Assembly: GCF_000400465.1 (NCBI RefSeq)
Contig: NW_008806277.1
Span: 144,001-268,000 of the forward strand
Reading direction: 5' to 3'
Origin: Wallemia ichthyophaga EXF-994
Taxonomy: Eukaryota; Fungi; Basidiomycota
Length of the DNA stretch: 124,000 nucleotides
How positions within the stretch are numbered: the first letter of the stretch is position 1; every line of letters begins with the position of its first letter. Of the stretch, positions 38,609 to 53,097 are shown piece by piece. The translations under genes and the position numbers were made by a program. Under the pieces are notes generated by a model. It was not told where the DNA came from and did not search any database. It saw only the letters and a program-made list of their open reading frames with translations.

Positions 38609-40852
38609 CTACATAGCTGAGCGTCCAGCGGCTTTTTGTTTGATTAGAGTTGTCAAATACGAACAATCAACTACTTACTTTCGATTGGCAAAAATATTTG
38701 TGAAAGTCCACAGAATATTAAAAGTGCTCCAGAAACATACAGTGGTGTGGGTGATCCCGCTTTAGCCCCAAATGCGTGAATGATTGGTGCGAGTAAACCG
38801 AAAATTCTGTTCAAGCTGCTGCAAAGCGCGTCACCGGTAGCGCGATGTGGTCCAGGGAATGCTTCTGGTGTGTACTTTGGAAAATATCAGTAAGTTGAGG
38901 CTAATAAATCAACCAACTTACAGCAAAGAGAATACCATACATAGCATTTTGTGCGAAGGAGGCAACACATTGGAATGCGAGAATAGAGTCAGGTTGCTTC
39001 GTTGATGAGAACAAGAAGATGAAGATACCGGTTAAGATGGAGAAAATAGACAGTGCACCACGTCTACCAAACCAGCGACCTTTGACTTCAACGAGACCAG
39101 CAGCTATTAATGAACCTGGAATACCCAATACTGCTTGGATGGTGTAATCACGATATGTGTGATAAGTGTCCGAGTTGGTTTTTCCGTTCAAATAAGTTGG
39201 CAAGAATGAGTTGTATAAGGGGTAAGCAAGTCCGATGAGTGCCCAAGACATCATAAGTAAAATTGTGTTGATTGCAAGCTTTTTGGTGGCGAAAAGAGGC
39301 TGCAAAAATCTTAAATGATCTGAAGAGCGAAAGAGCGAGGAAATTACGCACCTTAATATGATTCAAGTTCATATGAGCCAAGTTCATTTTTATGAGCTCT
39401 TTAGTGGAGAATTTCTGTGGCTTTTGATCGAATTCCAGGCCCTGAGCACGAATGGCATCCTTCATCTTCTCCAAAGTGAGTGGGCATTCGACTCTGTTTT
39501 TCTTTGCAATATGCTCAATAACAGCAACAGCAGCCTCATCCTTTCCTTGGCTGAGGTAAAACTATACATAGTCAATACCGTACCTATAATTATGATTAAA
39601 CCAACCTTTGGAGATTCCTTGATCGGCAAAATGAAAGAACGAGTAAGGAACATCAAGAAAGTGAATCCGCCAACAACAAATAGACCATAACGCCATCCAG
39701 CATTAGTGTCCCAATTACAATTGCCGGCATCTGCCATAGCCTGATCACAAGCCCACTGCGGTTGACTGACGAAACCCCAAACAGCGACAGAACTTATTAC
39801 GAGACCGAGTGACCAGAAAGAGGAGAGCAAAGTAAGCAGCCATTGCTGTTTGGCTGGCAGGAATTCAAGCAGAAGCGCTCCATCGACTGGGAGATTACCG
39901 CCCAATCCTAGTCCAACACCAGCTGCCATGGCAGAAAAAGAAACGAAGCTGTTGGCTGATCCGATAGCAGTACCAAATGCACCACAAAGAAAAAGTGATG
40001 CATTGAACGATAGGAGCTTTTGACTGTTATGATGTATAGGTGAAGACAGATTGTACTCACACGACCAAATATGTCAGCTGAAAAGCCGAAGAAAGTAGCA
40101 CCAATAACCAAACCGACATAAAGTGCGAGCTGTGTATGATTAGTAAAAAACTTTTCAGTGTGATTTACTTTAACGTACAGTTGCCATCTCAAAATTTTCT
40201 GGTTGGAATTCATAGGTTATCCAGGTCAAAGAGACGGCAATTGCTCTGGGTGGTGGAAGTGTTAAGTTGGTTCAAATGCGTATGCAGGTGTACTCACTGA
40301 ATCCTGCATAAGTGTGAGTTTTTATGTGAGACCTAGTCAAATTAACGCACCACATGTTATCAGCTGAAAAGATTTAGTTAGGCTATTCGAATGCATGACC
40401 TCACTCACCAAGCCTGCCGCAGAGATTTAGAAGCTGTAAATATCAGAATGAACGACTCACCATCCCATTCCTAGTCATGAGTGAGCAAATATGCAAATCA
40501 ACGCTAACGAAGAAGGCTCACCTGCAACAAAGAAGAGTTGAATCTGATATCTCCCGAAGCCCATTTGATTCAGCGCATCGTTCACCTTAAACCTTGTCAG
40601 CCTTAGCTAATTTTTAATTAAGCAATCTACCATTTGGCATTTTATCTAGTAAATGACTTAATCAGCTCTGATAAAAAGCTTAGGCTTGGTGCTTACAGTA
40701 TAAGAATGCTCCAACCCATATGCTGAGCTGTTATCCAAACTCGATTCCGACTCGCTCACTTGTTTTGTATCGTAGAGAACCTTCTTCTCAGGTGATTGGT
40801 CTGAATGGTTAGACTGCGTCTGTAGCTGCTGTTCCATGTCTTTATTGTTCAT
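38609..40852 (-). CDS. MFS transporter (SV2/sugar-transporter-like) with many micro-exons
   Basis: GMGWLADNMW (assembled from micro-exons), GFSADIFGR, GGNLPVDGALLLEFLP, GWRY, ESPK, GRRGAL. Confidence 0.85.
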
Positions 40853-41434
40853 TTCAATTTAATTTAAACTCGCTCCTGATCAAGGATTGCGCTCCGCTCA
40901 CAAGTTTGACGATCTTGAGGATTCTCCCATTAATATAAAATGAATATGGGAGCATCGTTATTTTTATAAAAATAAGCAAGTCAATCACTGACCTGAGAGC
41001 AAAGCGCACGTATTTTCCTCGGCTTTGTACGCTCATTCAACGAAGAGATTTAGCCAATTTCACCATCATCTGATATCATCATCAGTTACATAACAATTGT
41101 GATGTGCATTAAGAAATCTATCACGCTTTACAACTTTTAAATTAACTCTTTTATATTCCATGTTCTTTTCTTTCTATCCGCATCCGTAAATCTTTCTCCG
41201 CCGTTTCACACCCTGCCGATAAGCGGTACCCAAATTGAGTCTTGTTAGCACCGATGAGCTTCTTGAGTTATTCTGCATTCCACAATACTTTAAACTAAAC
41301 GTTTTACATTCATGCCAAATGCCAATTAATTCCGAATCAAATTTTTGAGCTTCACGCCCTTCAAATTTCCAAGTCAAATCAAATTTTTAAAGGCGCTCAT
41401 TTTGAATACTAAAGGGGAACTTTCACGACTCACC

Positions 41435-43883
41435 TCAAATTAAAAAATCGCACATATCTCCGGCAAATGACGAAAAAATCGTGATTGAATCACACTGGCA
41501 TGCAAAAAAAGAATCTACGCATGAATTAATATAATTTTTATGCCGTAACTCCAGATTCCATTTCGCTGATATCGTACCTTGATCATCTCGCGCCACTGAT
41601 CCAGTTACAGACATCTGAGAAGACATTTGACTCCAAATTACGTAAGTCTATTCAAATCGGTACAATACTGATAGAATCATTACAAACAACTTGTAAACCG
41701 ACTTTAAGCGAATCAGCCAAGTTGCTATCGAATTTTTGTATAGTCTTGGCGGGCTCCTCGCCGATACTCTCGCACGGGACATCCCGCTCCATTCTATTGA
41801 GCACCTCATTGGTCGACTGTGATAAAAATGTTCTGACGGCGAGTGGATCAGATCTCAGTGCTGCGGGCGGCAGGGTATTCTTCAGGTTTGTGTGCGTCGC
41901 TTGAAGCGCGCCTAAAGCTTGTGACGCTGGCAAAGTTGTGATATTACCCTGTGTAAGCGTCGTCATGCGCACGACTGGAAGCTTTTAATGAGGTCAGCGG
42001 GTGTGCACGTTATCTAACGGTAAGCTCACAAGGAGATAGTGATACGAGGAGGCATTGGGTAAGTAGCTGTGCCCGAGTCTGATTGCAGATACCAGAGTGA
42101 AAGCAATGTCATTCAATAGTGTCTCTTTGAAAGAAGACGCGGAGATTGACTTCCAGTTCTTGATCAATAGTTCCAGAGTGTTAGATAGAGTAGACCATAA
42201 TTCATACCAATGGTATTCTGTGGAGCGCGTTAGAATGTGGTACACTAATACTCAATAACCACCCACGTAAGCTCGCCTGCAATCGCTGAATATGCCAGAG
42301 CGCACGATTAATGATATGTACTGCAATTAATGAGTTCTCAATGTTAAACTCCTCCTTCTCTGCAGGCTTGGGTATATTGAATCTCAAGTATATTGTACAG
42401 CAATCCAACACTGACTCCATCATTGGTCTATATGCTTTCGGTACTGGTAGTTGAGGCTTCCGCTGCCTACATATGTCTATGCGTCTATTGTCTATAACTG
42501 GTGCTGCGGAATTTGGTGTTAACGGTGTGTTAGTACCGTTGGATTGTAAAGGCTGACTCTTTGGTGATTGTGGCACTGAAGATGGCGCGCTCTTACCTGA
42601 AGAGTTTGAGGAGGTTGGTTTGAGAAGTACCTCTGCGCATTCATCTGCCTCTACTAAGGCTGAGACGGTGTACAAACCTAACGAAGCATATGCTTGTGCA
42701 CGCTTATTGGCGGATGCATGTGTGAAGATGTACGAAAGTGCGGAAAGTAGAGTTACTGGAGCGTTAGGTTCACCTGGCGGTTGACTGTAAATCAAAACCT
42801 CGCATAGCAAACCTGAAAATATTGAGTTGGCATTAATGAACTCGAAAAATGGCAGTAGAATGGCTGTCACGTTGGCAGGTCTAGAGAATCGCGTTAGCTT
42901 TGTCCTAAGCACCACTGAAAACGACCCACAAATCACCATACACTTCTTTTGATATATTGGAATCATCATGATTGTTTGAAAAGGGCAATATTGACATTAT
43001 TGAGTTGGAGATAGACTTAGCAGGTAGTCTGGTGTGATATTCACTGATGCATTTTTCCATTGCAGTGCTCGTTATCAAGATAATCTTTTTCATGACGTCT
43101 GTCTCAACAAAATCACGCACACGACGTAGGTATCTGTTGAGATTTTGAGCTTGAGCTTTGTGATAGTTGGATAAAACGCCTATCAAGAGAGTGGCCTCAA
43201 AAGTGAAACCAGTAGTCGGAGGGGAGGAAATGATTCTGATGAGTGAGTTGAAGAGATCACGTCTTTGAAAGAAGGCACCTATAGCACCTTGATTAACACC
43301 ACAAACAAAAAGAATTGTCAAGTGTAAAGTGCGATGAATTGTGGCAGAGTTAGCTTCGGGGTATTTAAGGGTGTTGTCGATTGCTGCGACTAAGTCAGAT
43401 ATTGTTTTGTCGCTATGTCCATTGCCGCAAAGAGCTTGGGTGATGTTTGTAGATATCTTAAGCTTTGAGATAACAGTTTTTGAGAGTAAAACCATTGTCT
43501 ACGAATTTGTATTAGCTGTGCAGAAAGCAAAAAACACAAGCAACGTACGTGTAAAGCGTTGAGCTTTCTAGGATCATCGAAGGAACTCTTTTGATAGAAC
43601 TCCAAGGACATAGTAAAGAATAGAGTGATTATAGGCTGAAGATCCTTTTCAATCCTCGTTGATTCAAACTGATCGAATTGAGTTGCGAACCAGAGACGGT
43701 GACTGGGCAGCCAATCAAGGCAGAATAAATCGGTGAAGAACCTCTTTTGATCAGATTCGGCGTCCTTTGGTAGTTTTCCCTGGTGTGGATAAGAATGAGT
43801 GCGATAAGGAGGGTATAGCGTACATCAAAGAATTGCTGGTAAATAGAAATGAGCTTTGGTTGTCGTTGAACAGCGCTGTGCAT
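41435..43883 (-). CDS. DUF1741/ARMH3 (C10orf76)-like armadillo protein
   Basis: Several ORFs join via introns; C-terminal RLGHSYLPNASSYHYLL(Y) resembles DUF1741. Confidence 0.6.
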
Positions 43884-43965
43884 TTTGAGTGTACAAATCG
43901 AATTTGACCACGTCGCAGAGAGACGAGAAGGTAACTCGGTTCGGAACGACCAAGTTGAGGATATT

Positions 43966-44366
43966 ATGAGTGAGAAAGCGAGGGAAATGATTGAGATTCC
44001 ACAGCAATTCTTGAAGGAAGGATCTCAAGTGGGTTTGAATGTTTTCAACTGCATTATCACTGATGAGCTGTAGTTCATGAACAGGTGTACCAAGCCAAAC
44101 CAGCGCGGTTAGTAGATTTCCTGGGGAAATTGGCTTTACTAACGTACAAGGAAGAATACATACAAATCTGTAAGGCAGTTGCCATAGGATTTGCTATAAT
44201 GGGATTCATTGGTTACTTTGTGAAGCTGATACACATTCCAATGTGAGTTTGGTGATATATGAATGTAATAATCTAATGCAACCTCCAGCAACAACATTCT
44301 CGTGTAAGAAACCAAAACTCATCGATGACGTATAAGCTAACAGAAGCATACAGCGCTGGTCAATAG
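43966..44366 (+). CDS. SSS1: Sec61 gamma subunit
   Basis: Spliced: [70 protein letters not shown]. Confidence 0.93.
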
Positions 44367-44545
44367 AATGTAAAGGTTAAAAAGGGGAATCGTAAACTGA
44401 ATGAATTTGTGTACTAAATAATCTCATATCATTAGTCTCTTTCCGGGATATTTGTGTGATGCTTATGTGAAAATTGATGTTTGAGGCTATAACGGTGTAA
44501 TCTGAAGCGATCTGAGTACTCTAAACCTTTTACCAAGTCAATTAA

Positions 44546-45007
44546 ATGTCAAGTTTAAATTCAAAATTATTTTCCAAAAAGCAAACACAGCCTCGACTTC
44601 CCACGCCATACCTACGACCCTCTGAAATGGGAAACAAGCAGCCTTCAGCGAAACCAACGAAACCAGCGACGCTTCTGTCACCTGCGAATATATTAAAGAT
44701 AGCTATCACTCAATTAACATACCCTTTCTCACTGGTCAACAAGAAAACGAAATCGACTAAAAATAGATTAATCGATCACAACCAGAGCAGGCTGAACAGA
44801 TTACTTCATTTGATAATGACTGTTTCAATGCTTATTATCGTCGTTATCACATTTTATATATTTCAAACCAAGATTTCGCGACAAATTCAATCTCAAACTC
44901 AGTCATATCCGCATCAACAGCCAAGGAGAATGTGCAGGCGGCGCATTCCGAGTAAGTGTGGTGCTGCTGATGATATTCAGCTACTGATTTTGCATTCAGA
45001 TGGATAA
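44546..45007 (+). CDS. Hypothetical membrane protein
   Basis: 153-aa ORF with one hydrophobic segment; no family recognised. Confidence 0.3.
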   Translation: MSSLNSKLFSKKQTQPRLPTPYLRPSEMGNKQPSAKPTKPATLLSPANILKIAITQLTYPFSLVNKKTKSTKNRLIDHNQSRLNRLLHLIMTVSMLIIVVITFYIFQTKISRQIQSQTQSYPHQQPRRMCRRRIPSKCGAADDIQLLILHSDG

Positions 45008-45180
45008 ATAAATCAAATTACTCAGCAGTTGTTTTCTTTCTTCTTCTGTCTTGGAATATTGTGTCGCATTTCAAATATTTAATTATACAACTGTACAAAT
45101 ATACAACTGTACAATTATACATGATAATTTATTCGTTTAATCATTCATTCCAGCGCTACGCCAACGCGAGTGATACATAT

Positions 45181-45669
45181 CTAGACATAGACACAAAGCT
45201 TTAGCGTCAAATATTGATCACCATAAAACTTAACTCACCCCAATATCATACTCAGACCACCTAAAGGTGTTACCGGTCCTAAAAACTTAAATCTAACTAA
45301 CGTTAATGAAAATTTTGTCATTGAAACACAATCACTAACTTATCTCTGTTCAGCACCAGTGCATATATTGATCCAGAGAACAAAATTGATCCAGTAAGTA
45401 TAGCAGGTGCAGCAAATTTAGACTTTGACGCACGAGGATGCAGACTCGTTGCCATCAGCGCTAAACCGTTGAAGACGGCATAGTGTGACCCTGTCATCCA
45501 ACTCTCAATCTGCCTTGGCTGAATACCCGCTCTTGCACGTAATCCTGCTTATCAATTAGCTGTGCGATTGTCCATCGAAAAATAGCGCACCATGTGCTCC
45601 AAATGCTCCAAAGCCAATACCAGTAGCTGCCAATAAAGCCCCAGATTTCCAAATCACAGTTTCGTTCAT
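45181..45669 (-). CDS. DUF423/TMEM256 family membrane protein
   Basis: GALLAATGIGFGAFGAHG, WMTGSHYAVFNGLAL, GPVTPLGG. Confidence 0.85.
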
Positions 45670-46060
45670 TTTCCCTTTAGCGATGATGGCTGTCTTCTTC
45701 CATCTAACCTCTAAACACCCAACATCCACAGAAATGACTTTGAGCGTGGCTGAAGCTAGTGATCCAAAGAAGAACCCCCTCAATCCAGAAGGCATAAAAC
45801 CGTAAGTCTCTTCACCGAACACCGATAAGCCACTAAGATTTCCTTAGTTGCTGTGTATGTCCACAGACCAAGAAAGCAAGAGATGAATGCTTCCTTTTCA
45901 ATGGCTCAAATGCAGACTCTTCCAACGGCTCATCCGATGCTTGCAAGGGCGTTTTAGAAGCTCATCAAGCGTGTATGCGTTCATTTGGATTCCCAGTTTG
46001 ATCTACCTTTCAACTCTAGACGTCTCTTTAAATTATTAACATTAAGTGTACAAACATTCA

Positions 46061-48413
46061 CTACTTCTTTCCTTGCCTCACTGATAACTTTATCTGATCG
46101 CCATCATCGAGATTGTAACTCGCTATAGTTTTTGAATTGGATAAAGTTATGTTTCCAAAATCTAACTTCATTCTACCAATCGGTGGCCCGCGTTTGCCCG
46201 CTCCATTCTTGTCCTCCAATGCCTCAGATATGTGCTCACGTATCACACCGCTCATTGCTGTCAGTGGAGTTGGAGATAGCTGAACAATCGATCCATCTAG
46301 TCCCCATTCTGAGTTGCTTTGATCCAGCGGAAGTTGGACTTTTAGTGTTACTTGACCTGCTGGATGATAATCCATCCACCTATGGATTGCTCATCAATAA
46401 GAGACACTAACAACAGAAAGTCAACATACTCATCCTCGGTATAATACTGTCCTTCTGGTAGCTTTTGCACTTTAGCGCGCTTAGATTTAACTGCAAATGG
46501 TTCCATTTCAGCTTCATCAGCCGTCCGCACATTGCCAGAATGTGGCATATGAAATTTGGGAACAGAAGGTCCCGATGGTGCTGCTGACATTGTTGCACCC
46601 GATGGATCGTACATGTTTCCATATGAGTTGATTTGCGGACCAGCTGTTGTGGCTTGTGGCGCTTGACTGCTGAGCTGTTAGAAATTTCAACGTTTAATCG
46701 AGACAACCCACTTTATTCCGAGCGTCTGGTTAATTCTTTCAGCTTGGACCTCTGAGTCCGCTTGCGCTTGGTAGCGTTGTGATATACTGTCAGCACTAGC
46801 CGTGTGACCATCCCAGACTCCAGCCTCTTTCCTTCTCTTGACATCTTGAGCTGCTGCTTCAGCCTCCTTCCTTCTAAGCTCGGCTTTCTCTCTATCTTGT
46901 CCGAATATATCTGTACGCCCTTGCGCAAGATTCTTGAGTGAGGAAGCAACGTCTGCACCTTGCTGCAATAGCACTGAAGCTTGACGCCTGCTTTCTGCAT
47001 ACTCCTTCTTCTCTTGCCACTTTGGATCTAAAAGCTCTATACGCAAGTGATTGGCGAATTCCTCGTTCGGCACAAGTGCACCGGAGATTGGTGAGCGTGA
47101 GAAGCCTTGCGGTATCTGTTGCTGTTGCTTTTGTGCTGAAGAAGAAGTAAGTATGTTATAATGGTGTAACAAATACACTCACACTTTGGTACATAATTGG
47201 TCTTGATCTTCATTCCCTCTGGTGCAATTGGAGCTTGAGCAGTCGGTTGTGGAGTATATTGTTGCGGTACATGTCCTTGTCCTTGCTGTGGTGCTGCTTC
47301 CATATTTACATCTTGTGTTGATGTGGATGGTTCGGTGATAATCTCTTCCTCGAGGAGGGACGTCATTCGCTTTTGTGCCATTGCAAGGTTCCTGACTTCC
47401 TTGATAGAGAGAGGAGCAGGCAATTCAAGGACGCTATCAGCTGGAGTGATCTCAATAGTCTCACAAACGACAAAGTCCTGCCAATCAATACTTTGAAATG
47501 CCGCTAAATTGAAATTAGCTCAAGTTGGGGCATATAAACGAGATAAAACCCACCTAACTCCTTTTCAGACTCCTGCTCACGCTTCTTCAAACCATCTCTC
47601 TTATAACTCTCCCATTCAGCACGTAAATTTGCGTTATCAACGAGCTGCTTCTTCTTTTCTGATAGGCTAAGCCTATCAAAGTCATCATCTAAAGGTGCAG
47701 AAGTACCCTTGATAACTTTCATGTACTGTTCAACATAATTGTTAAATAAACCGAATAGACTGTGATTTGGACGCAGGAAATCGAATTGAGGATTACGATT
47801 CTCACGACCACCAAGCATAGAAATAAAAGATTTCCCACGACGAGCAGTGAATAGTGCAGTGAGTCGTATAATATCCCTTAATGCACGTATTAGATTATGA
47901 TTTGATGGGTATCAGGCAGATGATACTCACAAATCAACAGCCAAAGCGTTGTCAGGAATATCAGCACTGAATTCATGCGCTAATGGTTCCTTTGGGATTG
48001 GCTTTGAAGGGTAAGTTGATGGCACTTGTGATATTGAAGGAGTGCTAGCTGCTGATCTACCAAAGGTATCTGAACGAATTTTAGCTCTCTGAATAGCCCT
48101 CCAGCTTCTTAGTTACCTTCTTTATCTCCTGCCTTTACTCTGTCGCACTTCCATTTGTAATAACCGTGATAAGCGTCTGCTGAGTTCAAAAATGCAAATT
48201 TCGCGTTAGATCTTTCTTTCTCTCTAATCTTCTCTTCCAAAAGAGCACCGTGTGGGGAATTTGCGACGTAATTTGCAGTTTTATCAACTATGCCTGGAGA
48301 AGGTGTGAGTGGATGGAGGTTGAGAGGCAATGAGGCGCACTTCTAATATCTGGTGGTGGATATATCATTCCCTCGGGCGGAGGAATTTTTGTAATTTGTG
48401 GATTGCCGTTCAT
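46061..48413 (-). CDS. PRP21: Splicing factor SF3a subunit 1 (Prp21/SAP114)
   Basis: SURP domains (IVDKTANYV, FDFLRPNHSLF), IDWQDFVVCETI, HLRIELLDPKW, C-terminal ubiquitin-like domain. Confidence 0.9.
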
Positions 48414-48540
48414 CTGTTGGTGGTGGTGGTGAGAGATGGCAAGAGAGATGGTAAGAGATGGAACACAAGGGGAAATAAATGATATAATTATTAATGCGAT
48501 AGTTACAAATATTCGAATACAATTAATTTTAGTCATTAAC

Positions 48541-50664
48541 TCAACACGCTGGCATCTTTGAAACATCAATCACTGCCAATCCTTCATTCTTTGTTCCAAA
48601 TATTATTCTGTTTCCTTCAGGTGCTTGCCATCTTAGATCATATAAGCCATTGCTAGTTATCCAATCTTTCTGTATTTGACCTGTGATTGATTGCCATAAC
48701 GTTATTCTACCATCTGCTCCTCCCACTGCTAACATACGTCCATCCGGGCTGAAATCCGCAGTGAAAACGTGATTCTTTGAGTGTTTACACTTCCAAATTA
48801 ATTCTCCTGATTCTGCATTCCAAAGTCGTACATGTCCATCCATTCCACCTGATAGCAGTAATGGCTTATCTAAGAAGTTGGATTGTGGTGCCCATATTAG
48901 GCATCCTATTTCACGTTCATGTCCCCGCATAACTCTTATGCAATCTGCATCTGGCTGCGGTCTACGATCGTATGGTTCTTCTTTGCTAAACTTCCACACC
49001 CTGATCGTTGCATCATCAGAACCTGAAGCTAGATACTCTCCCGATGGATCCCATCTGACTTGATTTACTTCACGAGTATGCCCATAAAGTGCTTTTATTG
49101 GTTCCGGATCGCCACATTTGAAAACGTAGATGATTCTGTCACCACCAGCGCTATTCCACGTTAACGACGCTTCAATTTTAAGAAACTCACTCACGTTGCT
49201 AATATATCGTTGTCAAGCCAGTCGGCATCAAGTATCGAACCCATGTGGTATTGCCATTGGTGTTCAATATCAAATGTTTGGATGTCCCATACTATCGTGC
49301 GTTTGTCCAATCCAGCACTGGTATATGATATAAGCTTTTATAGGCCATAAATTTGTCAACTTACGTTAAAGCTCGAGTTCCGTCTTTATTAAACTTGACT
49401 GAGAATACTGGGCCTTTGTGCACGCGTTTTTCCATAAGAATATCACCGTTTCTGGTCCATATCCATACGCTACCGTCGTATGCACCAGTCATAATCATTT
49501 CACCGTCCGACTATATGTTGTTAGAATAAACTCAATTTGAAACCGATAACTCACACTCCATGCAATAGTTGTAATATCACGACCATCACCCTTACGAGGT
49601 GGTCCCTTTAACTGCGAACAGTCGATAACTTCAAGGGTCTTTCCCTTCATCTCTCTTCCAACTGCTGGTAGAGTCCATATTTTGAGAATACCGTCAGCAC
49701 CGCTAAATAAAATTAGATCATGATCTGCAATTAAACGTTACTCACCTGCTTGCAGAGACATTGCTATATTTTGGATTAAAAGCTGTTGCGTAAACCTGGA
49801 CTGATTAGATTGATTGTGGTAATAAAGTGATAAACACACATTGCCCATGTGACCCTCCAACCAAATAGCTTCCGCTTTTGTAAGTTTCTTCATCTGTTCA
49901 CGTGGTGCTTCACCTGGTTTAAATTTAGGCTTTGGTGGGGTAGGAACAGGGCCATTGTTAGATGATCTAACTTTGACCTTGTTAACATCTCTAGCTGTTC
50001 TTCTGTATTTGTCATTAGCTTTTTCGGTATCCATTGATGCAGAAGAATCATCGTCAGCTTCATCGGAAGAGTCAGCATGTTTTCTCTTTGAGTTGGCAAT
50101 TTGAGTAGAAGGGTCAACTATAATTTGAGCGTTTGCAGGTCTATCACTAGCCATAGGAGCAATGAGTGCAGGTGGAGGAGGTTGAGGGATTGAAGCATCT
50201 GCAATTGAAAAGTCTTGAACGTCGACATCCTTGAGAAGCCTGAGAGGTCTTTCATAAGGAACAATGGTGCCATCCTATTGTTTGAAAATAAAGTGAAAAT
50301 TTGCAAGACTATGGTTAGTAACGATAGCGAGAAAGAAAAGGCGAAACTAACGGTACGAACAGATCTTTCAATTTCATCGTATAATAAACCTTTTTGAAGG
50401 TATTTAATAAGTAAACCACGTTCCAAAGGGCCATTAGGTTTAGTGAGGGGTAGACTAGCTTCGGTATTGAGGGTGAAAGCTGTGTGATTAAAGCCTTAAA
50501 GCCTGTTAAATAATAAATATTTAAAAGAACTAAAATTTACCAGAATCCTGCAAGTAAGATAATATTAAAAGGTTCATCTCTTGTGAGGAAATTGCAGGTG
50601 CTCTAAGTGAATCCTTTTGATTTGAGTAGGTGGGTGGTAGATCACCATTGAAATTAGAATCCAT
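48541..50664 (-). CDS. SIF2: LisH-WD40 protein TBL1/Sif2-like
   Basis: LisH (EMNLLILSYLQDSG...HTAFTL, LQKGLLY) followed by WD40 repeats (GHTREVNQVRWDPSGEYLASGSDD). Confidence 0.8.
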
Positions 50665-51144
50665 TCTTATATTTTATCGATTTTTGTATTTTATTTTAAA
50701 CTTAAATTGATCAAGTTGATGATGATGATGTATAAGAATCTCTCCCGGTGAATCTATGCTAAAATTTTCACTTAGTTTCTTTAGTTCAAATTACTAAAAA
50801 ATATACAATATTCTAAACGCCATAGCTCATCTTTGACCCTTGCATATTACCAAAAAAAAAACTTCATAAATTATCAATCACTTAAACGCGTTGATAAAGG
50901 TGTAGATATGATAAATTAATGTAATTCTTACCAATGATGAATTTATCTTACGCAAATTTACAACATTGAGGGTCAGACATATATCGGCATGTACGACAGT
51001 TACGTGCGAGTATTTGTTTATCTAGCAAAATACCAAGCAGGTCTATAAAATTCTAAGGAAAAATGTTTATTGTGTTTAAATTTTGTAAACCAATCTAAAT
51101 ACTGGTTTTAGCATGTTAAATATCACCATCATATTTATACCCAA

Positions 51145-53017
51145 ATGGAAAGGCGTACAAGGCTGCAGAATTCTAATACTATCAACTTAAACGCGGAGGA
51201 CGTCGAAGCTGTAATATCTCATGGCACACACGAGCAGATTACGGCTTGTCTGCGTGTACTCCTTGAGAATAGAGATACCGTGAGCTATACTTTGATTTAC
51301 TGCAAAATCTAACAACCAATCACAGACTATCACTGATAACAAAGACTTGAATGATCAATTATCAGATTATCAATACCAACTCGATACCAGTACCCAAGCT
51401 TTTGTTCAGTCTCAATCACAGCTGAATGATGCTCTCGCCGATCAAGCTGCTATCGAAGAAGATGCGCTTTCTAGACAAGTTCAACTAGAACTTTTATCTT
51501 CAAAAGTTGAAGCTTTTCAGCGTAAAGAGAATGAACTGCACAGGTCTCATCAGATTCAACTTGATAAGTTCGATAACGATAGAAAGTCTTGGTTTGAATT
51601 GGAGTCTGGCCTTCGAGGTAAAGTTACTTCCCTCAGTGCTAAAATTCTGGCTGCAAATAGAAGCGCCAAATATGATGCTACTCCCCCAACTTCCCCTTCT
51701 AGTCCTAATTCTTCCAATTCCGCTCCTATTATCAAGTCTATGAGTATTGAGAGTGCTTCAGAGAGGTCTGCTAGAGAGGCTACTCTAGAAAAGCTTCAAC
51801 ACTCACTCGACATGGAGAAGCAAAGAAGATCTATCATTGAACGCAGCGAGCATTCCCTAAAGTTTGAGCTAGATCAATCAAAGCGCTCCGTTGAAGAACT
51901 AAGATCTGAGAACTCTAGTTACATGTTGCTTTTACAAGAGCGTACATTCTCCGGTGACCTCCTCGGCTCAAGTGTGTTCGACACGATGCGTGACTTTGAC
52001 GATACCGGTATTGCTGTCATAGCTGAAGAGCCAGAGAATGACTCTATTGATCACAGTGATGATGAAAATAGTGAGCAATTCACTCCGAATCGCAGAAGAG
52101 CCCGTAGACGCGGTCCTGTTGATTCACGCAGGAAGCCCCAGCCAAGCCAGTCACCTAAGCCACTCAGTGAAGAGAATGGTGGTAACATTGGTGTGAGTGA
52201 GATCTATTCTTTGTCAATTGTGCTGACTAATGCAGGTCACCGGCCCCGGATATGATCTCGCTGCGGAATTGGGTAGGGCCAAGCTCGATACAAGCGACAG
52301 AGAGGAAACTTTAGATTGTGAGTGTGTCATGCTGGAAAGGTCTCATCTAACACCCCTAAAGCCCTTAAGAATGACAATAAAACACTCAAAGAAGCGAACA
52401 AGGCGCTGACGACATATGTCTCAAAAATTATCGAAAAGATTATCAATCAAGAAGGTTTTGAACATATTCTTGCAAGTGACTACCGCGATCCTGAGCAACG
52501 TGAAAGTATCAGATTGAAGCGTTCTCAAACCATGTCATCTAGTGCGGGGAGATCTAGCTTAGGTGGAGTTTCGGATACATTACTCAACTCACGCAAGAAA
52601 ACTACGGATAGCAACACTTCGACTGTTCGTACTAGAACTCATCATAGGGGAAGTAATGATAAGCGGAAAAGTTTGTCCATAGATTGGTCAAACATAGGAG
52701 GATTCTTCAAAGGAAATCCAAATCCAAATGAAAGCACAGCGCAGAAGCTGCCAAAGCAGGAAGAAGATGAAGATGACCGTAAAGAAAGGGACAAAGTGCG
52801 AGCAACGATGAAAAAGATATCATCAGAATCATTAAAGACTGATGGTCAGTTCACAAGATTTGATAACGAAGGAAGGGCAGATGTAAGAACAAGATCAGGC
52901 TCCGTTGGTACTGGAGCATTAGCAAACTGGCGTAAGAAGAGAGCTGAACGTGCCGAACTTGTTTCAAAGAGTTCTGGTAGCGCTTTAACAGACATGACTA
53001 ACGGCAGCGCACAGTGA
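51145..53017 (+). CDS. Coiled-coil hypothetical protein
   Basis: ORFs 51347-52255 and 52322-53017 join via introns; heptad-rich; LKEANKALTTYVSKIIEKII. Confidence 0.6.
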
Positions 53018-53097
53018 GGATGAGATCACAATAAAAAGATAATTTGTATACCCATTGGATTCATTTAAATATAAACCTATCTTTATCAAGTACGGTG

